From assembly GCA_963702845.1 (NCBI GenBank), contig OY969763.1, positions 5,504,001-5,568,000 of the forward strand: a DNA stretch of 64,000 nucleotides, read 5' to 3'. This DNA comes from an uncultured Verrucomicrobiae bacterium. Lineage in GTDB: Bacteria; Verrucomicrobiota; Verrucomicrobiia; Limisphaerales; Palsa-1400. The notes beneath the pieces are model-generated. The model was given only the letters and a program-made list of their open reading frames with translations, had not been told where the DNA came from and made no database searches. Positions 58,018 to 64,000 of this stretch are shown here, piece after piece. The translations under genes and the position numbers were made by a program. How positions within the stretch are numbered: the stretch's first letter is position 1; each line of letters starts with the position of its first letter.

Positions 58018-58833
58018 TTATCTGAAAGCTTTGGCCAACGTTTTAAGCAAATCGAGCGGTGGAACGAGATACCACACGATGTGGCACTTGGCAGCTTGTT
58101 CCATTTCGGCCATGGCTTGCTTGTTAAAAGGATTGGCGGTGCCGACGAGCAATGACTTGCTCATGCGGTCGAAAGGCAGGATGCACCAGCGCAGGCACAT
58201 GGCCCGCGGGAAAGTGCGGGTTAATTCGATATCCAGATCGTAACGGCCAATCGGTAGAAACGGCAACCGCGAGCGGTCGGAAATAAGGCGCATCGATTTG
58301 TCGAGCGGAGCGATGTCCTTTTCGGTCAGCACGTGGATGAATGGTTCATTCGGTTTGGACGGTGTGTCGTGCGGGTTCACTTTCGGCCAATTTGCTTCGA
58401 AGTTGGCGTCTGTGATGATTTTTCCTTCGACGAAAATTTTTCGCATGACGGCTTTGCCATCATCGAGTTGGCCGGGAGCGGAAGGTTTATCTGTTCTAAC
58501 GGTTTCCGGTTCAGGCGCGTTGGATGTGTTAAGCTTTTCTGCTCTGGAAGAAAGTTGTTTGATCGCGGCGGTCGCCTCAGCGTCATCTGGAATCCGTTGC
58601 AGGATTGTTTCGTATTCCATGATGGCCGAGGAAAGCTGGCCAAGGTGGACGTAAGCGTTGCCAATTCGGCGGCAGGTGGCGACGACTTCATTGTCCATGC
58701 CCAACTTGAGGTAGGCCTCCTTGAGAATGTCCAAAGATTGGTAGTCCAGTGGCTGTGTTTGAGTGATAACTTCAAACATTTCCACTGTCTGTCTCAACTG
58801 CGCCTCGTCGCCCGTATTTAGCTTTGATTGCAT
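58018..58833 (-). CDS. TPR plus GspE N-terminal-like domain protein without ATPase
   Basis: TPR-like helices (LKEAYLKLG, GNAYVHLGQ), then CILPFD...LLVGTANPF, similar to the ATPase N1 domain (LFLAMADPL). Confidence 0.7.
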   Translation of the reverse strand: MQSKLNTGDEAQLRQTVEMFEVITQTQPLDYQSLDILKEAYLKLGMDNEVVATCRRIGNAYVHLGQLSSAIMEYETILQRIPDDAEATAAIKQLSSRAEKLNTSNAPEPETVRTDKPSAPGQLDDGKAVMRKIFVEGKIITDANFEANWPKVNPHDTPSKPNEPFIHVLTEKDIAPLDKSMRLISDRSRLPFLPIGRYDLDIELTRTFPRAMCLRWCILPFDRMSKSLLVGTANPFNKQAMAEMEQAAKCHIVWYLVPPLDLLKTLAKAFR

Positions 58834-59008
58834 TTCGCGTCGTGTCATCCACCGCGTAGCCGCAACTGTAGAGAGCTGTAAATTAAAGCTCAACAAAATT
58901 GCGCAACGTATTCAACAAATGGCAGTTGCATCGGATGACAGGGCAATCGCCGAGCGAAAATGCTGGCGAAAGTCGCTGCGTGTCCTAAGTTACAACGCCT
59001 TTCTTAAT

Positions 59009-59884
59009 ATGTTGACCGGTACGTATACAGCAATAGTCACGCCATTTAAGCGTGGGCAGTTCGATGCGGAAGCCTTCAAGCGCCTTATAGAGCTTCAAGT
59101 TAAGGGCGGCGTGGACGGAATTGTACCGGTCGGCACGACCGGTGAGTCGCCGACGGTTAATTACCAGGAACATATCGACATCATCGCGAAGGCGGTGGAG
59201 TTTGCGCGCGGACGCCTCCATATCATGGCCGGCACCGGCGGTAATTCGACGAGCGAAGCGGTGTATCTAACACAAGAAGCCGAGAAGGCCGGCGCCGATT
59301 CGTCTCTACAGGTCGCGCCTTATTATAATAAGCCGACGCAGGAAGGGCTGTTCCAACATTTTCTCGAAGTCAGTCGTGCGACGAAGTTGCCGATTATTCT
59401 ATATAGCATCCCGTCGCGTTGTGGCGTGGAGATTGCGGTCGAGACGGTGCATCGGTTGGCGGCGGCGAGTCCGAAAATCGTCGCCATCAAAGAAGCTGGC
59501 GGCAATCCGGATCGGGTCAGCCAATTGCGCGCAAAGCTCGGGAAGCGATTTGCGATTTTCTCGGGTGACGATGCCTTGACTCTGCCGTTTATGTCTGTCG
59601 GCGCCCATGGCGTGATCAGCGTGGCATCGAATGTCATCCCGAAACAGGTATCGCAAATGGTAGCTGCGTTCGCGAAGGGGGACATGGCGCGTGCGTTAAA
59701 ACTGCACGAGCAGTATTATCCAATTTTTAAAGATTTGTTCATCGAGACAAACCCTGTCCCTGTGAAGACGGCGTTGGCGATGATGAATGTATGCGGTGAA
59801 GAATGCCGGTTGCCGCTGGTGGGCATGAGCCCAAAGAATCGCGATATTTTGCGCGCGACTTTGAAAAGTTGCGGCGTAATTTAG
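59009..59884 (+). CDS. dapA: 4-hydroxy-tetrahydrodipicolinate synthase
   Basis: TAIVTPF, GTTGESPT, PYYNKPTQEG, IKEA, SGDD, ETNPVPVK; next to dapB. Confidence 0.97.
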   Translation: MLTGTYTAIVTPFKRGQFDAEAFKRLIELQVKGGVDGIVPVGTTGESPTVNYQEHIDIIAKAVEFARGRLHIMAGTGGNSTSEAVYLTQEAEKAGADSSLQVAPYYNKPTQEGLFQHFLEVSRATKLPIILYSIPSRCGVEIAVETVHRLAAASPKIVAIKEAGGNPDRVSQLRAKLGKRFAIFSGDDALTLPFMSVGAHGVISVASNVIPKQVSQMVAAFAKGDMARALKLHEQYYPIFKDLFIETNPVPVKTALAMMNVCGEECRLPLVGMSPKNRDILRATLKSCGVI

Positions 59885-59909
59885 GAAAAAAGCGCAAACA
59901 AACTTTCTA

Positions 59910-60695
59910 ATGACAAAGGTTGTTATTACCGGAGCTTACGGACGCATGGGCATGAGCCTGTTGCGGTGCGCAGAACAGATTCCCGCGATCGACGTCGTGG
60001 GGCAGATCGATATGGGACAGGATCTCCGCGAGGTGATCGAGAAGGCGGACGTGGTGATTGATTTCTCGTATCACGAAGCGACGGTGCGCTTTGCTGATAT
60101 TTGCGCGACCAACAGGAAAGCTATCGTGATTGGCACAACCGGCCACACGCAATCCGAAACGGCTGAGTTGAAAAAACTTTCGGCGTGCGTGCCAATGGTT
60201 TGGACTTCCAACTATTCGACGGGAGTCAACACGCTGTTCTGGCTGACGCGCAAAGCGGCGGAAATTTTAGGGTCCGATTTCGATATCGAAATTGTCGAGA
60301 TGCATCATCGCCTCAAAAAAGATGCTCCAAGCGGGACGGCAAAAACACTCGCTGAAATTCTTGCCTCGGTTCGCAAACACCAACTTGATGAGGTGCTTCG
60401 CCACGGACGTGAAGGTTTAGTCGGCGAACGCACCGCAGCTGAAATCGGGATGCACTCGTTGCGCGGCGGCGATGTTGTCGGCGATCACACCGTGATTTTC
60501 GCGAAAAATGGGGAGCGCCTGGAACTCGCTCACAAGGCCTCAAGCCGGGAGACTTTTGCGAACGGCGCACTGCGCGCCGCCGCATGGATCGTGGGTAAAG
60601 ACCCCGGCATATATGATATGCTCGATGTGCTGGGCCTGACCGAAGGACGCAACGATTCCGATACGAAGCGAATCAGCCGCGCCAAAAGCCGCTAG
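59910..60695 (+). CDS. dapB: 4-hydroxy-tetrahydrodipicolinate reductase
   Basis: GAYGRMG, IDFS, IGTTG, EMHHRLKKDAPSGTA, RGGDVVGDH. Confidence 0.97.
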   Translation: MTKVVITGAYGRMGMSLLRCAEQIPAIDVVGQIDMGQDLREVIEKADVVIDFSYHEATVRFADICATNRKAIVIGTTGHTQSETAELKKLSACVPMVWTSNYSTGVNTLFWLTRKAAEILGSDFDIEIVEMHHRLKKDAPSGTAKTLAEILASVRKHQLDEVLRHGREGLVGERTAAEIGMHSLRGGDVVGDHTVIFAKNGERLELAHKASSRETFANGALRAAAWIVGKDPGIYDMLDVLGLTEGRNDSDTKRISRAKSR

Positions 60696-61795
60696 ACGTT
60701 AAACTTAAAAAGCAGCACGTCGCCGTCCTTAACGATGTATTCCTTACCTTCCATCCGGTAGAGGCCTTTTTCACGCGCTGCTGCGACGGACCCGCATTTC
60801 ATCAGGTCGTCGTAGGCGACGGTTTCCGCTTTGATGAAGCCACGTTCGAAATCGCTGTGAATGACGCCAGCCGCTTTGGGCGCGGTGTCGCCGGCGTGAA
60901 TGGTCCAGGCGCGAACTTCTTTTTCACCAGCAGTGAAATAAGTGCGCAATCCAAGCAGATGATAGGTGCTGCGAATGAGCGCGCCGACGCCCGACTCATT
61001 TACGCCAAGCTCTTTGAGAAACGCGTCAGCTTCTTCCTGGGACAGGTCGACGAGATCGCTTTCAATTTGTGCGCTAATGACGACGGTTTCGCAGGAGTGA
61101 TGCGCTTTCGCATAATCGCGCACGGCTTTCACGTGCGGGTTGGCATCGGCATTGGCCAAATCATTTTCTTTTACATTCGCGGCGTAGATCGTCGGTTTAT
61201 CGGTGAGCAAATAGAAACCGCGTGCAATGACCTTGTCTTCGGGCGTGATTTCGAGAGTGATACCGGGCTTGCCCGCATTGAAGTGCGTTTCGAATTTTTT
61301 CAAAACTTCCGCTTCAGCCACCGCCACCTTATCTCCGCGCTTGGCATCTTTGGCGCCGCGTTCCAAACGTTTTTGCACCGCTTCCAAATCCGAGAGCACC
61401 AGTTCAGTGGTGATGGTCTCAATATCGCGAATCGGATCAATGGCTCCGGCGACGTGATGAATATCGGGGTCTTCAAAACACCGAACCACCTGCACCAGCG
61501 CGTCCACTTCGCGGATGTGACTGAGGAATTTATTGCCGAGACCTTCGCCTGTGGCCGCGCCTTTGACGAGACCGGCGATATCCACAAATTCAACTGCCGC
61601 GGGAATAATAACCTGCGTTTTGGCAACTTTCGAGAGTGGTTCCAGTCGTGCATCAGGCACGGTCACGATGCCGACGTTTGGGTCGATCGTGCAAAAAGGA
61701 TAGTTGGCCGCCTGCGCTTTGCGCGTGCGTGTGACCGCATTAAACAGCGTGCTTTTACCAACATTGGGCAGACCGACGATTCCAGCTTTCAGCAT
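60692..61795 (-). CDS. ychF: Redox-regulated ATPase YchF
   Basis: [52 protein letters not shown]. Confidence 0.98.
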   Translation of the reverse strand: MLKAGIVGLPNVGKSTLFNAVTRTRKAQAANYPFCTIDPNVGIVTVPDARLEPLSKVAKTQVIIPAAVEFVDIAGLVKGAATGEGLGNKFLSHIREVDALVQVVRCFEDPDIHHVAGAIDPIRDIETITTELVLSDLEAVQKRLERGAKDAKRGDKVAVAEAEVLKKFETHFNAGKPGITLEITPEDKVIARGFYLLTDKPTIYAANVKENDLANADANPHVKAVRDYAKAHHSCETVVISAQIESDLVDLSQEEADAFLKELGVNESGVGALIRSTYHLLGLRTYFTAGEKEVRAWTIHAGDTAPKAAGVIHSDFERGFIKAETVAYDDLMKCGSVAAAREKGLYRMEGKEYIVKDGDVLLFKFNV

Positions 61796-61871
61796 ATCTG
61801 TTAATTGTAAGCACAGAACTCGACGGTAACAAAGAGGTTTGAAGAAAATGACGAATGACGAAATTCGATCG

Positions 61872-61953
61872 AACAGAGCCGCGCGCGTGAGCAAGCGGTT
61901 AATTGGCCGACGCCCACAATTGCAAACCGCTTGCTCACGTGCGCGGCTCTGTT
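61872..61953. repeat. Near-perfect 29-bp inverted repeat (REP-like)
   Basis: AACAGAGCCGCGCGCGTGAGCAAGCGGTT ... AACCGCTTGCTCACGTGCGCGGCTCTGTT, one mismatch. Confidence 0.85.
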
Positions 61954-61980
61954 GACTGTGCGTTCAGAGTTGCCTAGTTT
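61952..61980 (+). promoter_or_regulatory. Promoter of the dsrE-like operon (leaderless)
   Basis: TTGACT-17 bp-TAGTTT, ATG 5 nt downstream, no SD. Confidence 0.65.
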
Positions 61981-61985
61981 CCAAT

Positions 61986-62303
61986 ATGTCTCTACGCGGC
62001 AAAAAATTAGGCATCCTGATTTCCTGCACGCCGAGCGAGCCGAATTTTTCGCACGGCTTGCGCCTCGCTGAAGCCGCCCTCGCGCAAGAAGTCGATGTGT
62101 ATCTCTATTGCATCGACGAAGCGGTTCCGGGGATCAGTAACACGCAATTGCAAAAACTCAAACAGGGCGGCCTAAAGCTGTATGCCTGCGCCTATGGCGC
62201 GAACCGCCGCAATTTACCGCTGAACGATGATGCGGTTTTTGCCGGCCTGACGGTGGTGAATGATTTGATCGCGGCGACGGACAAATTTGTTTCGTTCAAC
62301 TGA
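61986..62303 (+). CDS. DsrE/TusD family sulfur relay protein
   Basis: LAEAAL, VYLYCIDEAV, LYACAYGA (conserved Cys), DLIAATDKFVSF. Confidence 0.82.
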   Translation: MSLRGKKLGILISCTPSEPNFSHGLRLAEAALAQEVDVYLYCIDEAVPGISNTQLQKLKQGGLKLYACAYGANRRNLPLNDDAVFAGLTVVNDLIAATDKFVSFN

Positions 62304-62304
62304 T

Positions 62305-62655
62305 ATGACACCGCGAGTTCTTTTCATCATCACGAGCGACCCTCGCACGAGTGGAAAGCCAGCCGAAGCGATTCGGATTGCCGCTGGCGTGAGCGCGTGG
62401 AAGAAGACCGAGGTTTCTGTCTATTTGCGCGATGCGGCTGTGCTGGCGCTCGGCGAAGACACATCGGACCTGGTCAACGAAGATAATTACACGCGTTATT
62501 TGCCGATGCTGGCCGAGCTGCAGCGTCCATTGTACGTGCAGAAAAATAACTCAGCCCTGTCGAACCTTGGCGAGAGCCCAATCAAAATTGAACCCATGAG
62601 CGACACAGACCTCGCCGCGCTTGCCGCCGAACACGAATACGTTCTCCGTTTCTGA
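62305..62655 (+). CDS. DsrF/TusC-like protein
   Basis: VLFIITSDP, AEAIRIAAG, VYLRDAAV, C-terminal VLRF; no Cys. Confidence 0.75.
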   Translation: MTPRVLFIITSDPRTSGKPAEAIRIAAGVSAWKKTEVSVYLRDAAVLALGEDTSDLVNEDNYTRYLPMLAELQRPLYVQKNNSALSNLGESPIKIEPMSDTDLAALAAEHEYVLRF

Positions 62656-62656
62656 C

Positions 62657-62835
62657 ATGCGCCAGATCTGCATATTTTAACGAAAGCGGATGACGCCCTC
62701 GCGCGAAATGTGATCGAGGCGCAAAAGGCCAGCTCGCACAAAAAAATCGAGATCGTCGATCTGACGCAAGCGAAGCCGAACTACGACGAGCTCGTCAGGA
62801 AAATCTTCGACGCTGATTCGGTTGAGGTTTGGTGA
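62657..62835 (+). CDS. Small DsrH/TusB-like protein (1-bp deletion at about 62668; absent from the ORF track)
   Basis: MRQI + LHILTKADDALARNVIEAQ...PNYDELVRKIFDADSVEVW* after restoring ATC(C)TG; LHIL N-terminus and YDELV..IF..D.V..W C-terminus fit DsrH-like proteins. Confidence 0.7.
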
Positions 62836-62838
62836 TGG

Positions 62839-63738
62839 TTATTTCGAGCGCGGTGCCACCAATGGGTCTGGCTGTTTCGACCACTGCGTGAACAAACGTT
62901 TTACAATTTGATATTTGGCCGCGTTCTTAACTGGGTCCTGATGACAATAAACCTGGACGCCATCACCGGAGTTGTGCGCGCCAATTGTCGCTATTTCACA
63001 ATATTCCGGAGTCGATGCGCCGAGACGGCTGTGTGCGGTGAAATAAATGTCGACGATGATTGGGTAACTTTTTCCAAGTCGATCACGAATGGATTTAACC
63101 TCCTCTTCCACGTGCGTCGGGTCCTTCAAGTCGCCACCATGGGAGTCGTTGCGATACGGAAACAAAATGCCATCGAAGAGCGGGATGTATTGCTTGATGA
63201 AATTGGGCGTGAGCTGTTTGAAGTAGACGCACGGCACGAACGCGAAGTGCGGGTTGATGTTGTGTGCGCCGTCGAGAATGCCTTTCATCTTCTCCGGCGT
63301 AAAAAATTTCACGTTGTAAGGAAAATCATCGATGCTCCAGCCGACGAGAGTCGGTTCCTGCAGACTCAGTTTCGCAAACTCGATGGCCCAACGTTCGTAG
63401 TCCAAACGAAACGGCTCGGAATACGCTGCGGTCCGCGGCGGTGATTCCGATGGAGGCACGAGGCTTGCCCACACACGCAAATGTTTCTCGCGCGCCATTG
63501 GCAAAAAAATCTTCAAGTCATCCCAATCCGTCGCGGCGCGATGAATGGCGAAGCTGTAGCAATTCGCGTGAATGTCGAGCAGTTGATCGATCAAGGCTTT
63601 GCAATCGACGCGCCCGTTCGACAGGCGTGGTGGCGAGGAATAAGTGCCGAGAGAATGGCGAAGCGCGTCTTTACGGTCTGCAGCGCTCGCCGAAAAAGCC
63701 GCCGCTACAATTAGTGCGATGCAAAAGTATTTTTTCAT
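62839..63738 (-). CDS. Secreted hypothetical protein, possible glycoside-hydrolase-like TIM barrel
   Basis: Signal peptide (SASA); LVGWSIDDF, FDGILFPY, DGVQVY pattern. Confidence 0.65.
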   Translation of the reverse strand: MKKYFCIALIVAAAFSASAADRKDALRHSLGTYSSPPRLSNGRVDCKALIDQLLDIHANCYSFAIHRAATDWDDLKIFLPMAREKHLRVWASLVPPSESPPRTAAYSEPFRLDYERWAIEFAKLSLQEPTLVGWSIDDFPYNVKFFTPEKMKGILDGAHNINPHFAFVPCVYFKQLTPNFIKQYIPLFDGILFPYRNDSHGGDLKDPTHVEEEVKSIRDRLGKSYPIIVDIYFTAHSRLGASTPEYCEIATIGAHNSGDGVQVYCHQDPVKNAAKYQIVKRLFTQWSKQPDPLVAPRSK

Positions 63739-63788
63739 TTATCAGTCGTGAGCCGAGTCAACCAAGACGACTGATTACCACCACGAGG

Positions 63789-64000
63789 TTACCGGGGCAA
63801 CTGACTTTGGTAATCGATCATGCCGCCGTATTTCTTGTAGCTCTCGTAAGCGGTGTCGAAGGCCCTGCGCCAACCGTTCAGATTTGCTTGTGCTGCCTCG
63901 ATCTCTTCTTCGGCGACTTTGTACTGGGCGTCGACAGCGTTGCGCATTGGCTGACTCATTTGTTTGCCGTCGTAGGTTTGGTGCAATGCCGTGCGTTTGC
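63789..64000 (-). CDS. 3' end of a hypothetical helical protein (runs off the window)
   Basis: Open frame from the window edge to the stop at 63789. Confidence 0.55.
   Translation of the reverse strand, partial: KRTALHQTYDGKQMSQPMRNAVDAQYKVAEEEIEAAQANLNGWRRAFDTAYESYKKYGGMIDYQSQLPR

Overview
A 64 kb bacterial chromosomal window. Gene style and families suggest Verrucomicrobia (Pedosphaera-like); this is an inference, not a database result. It mixes housekeeping genes (mutL, mdh, galK, trpE, rpiB, moeA, addAB, holA, trxA, dapA/dapB, ychF, actP, a PilB/GspE ATPase) with many secreted or membrane accessory genes. No rRNA, tRNA, CRISPR array, transposase or phage gene was seen. The most unusual features are: (1) a PadR gene with an operator-like palindrome in its promoter, heading five tandem genes that share an N-terminal 'permease prefix 1/HAAS-like' domain fused to five different membrane domains, one of them a prepilin-peptidase (GxGD) catalytic domain; (2) three largely non-coding loci (about 20 kb, 27.9 kb and 51 kb) built from 10-bp-periodic tandem arrays next to A/T tracts, two of which have sigma70-type promoters with near-identical spacers, and one of which looks like an ORF-less transcription unit (consensus promoter, boxA-like motif, terminator). 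Several short indels (GldG-like 5' end, addA, a dsrH-like gene) are probably sequencing errors. A hidden AhpD/CMD gene remnant and a DsrEFH-like trio missed by the ORF track were also found.
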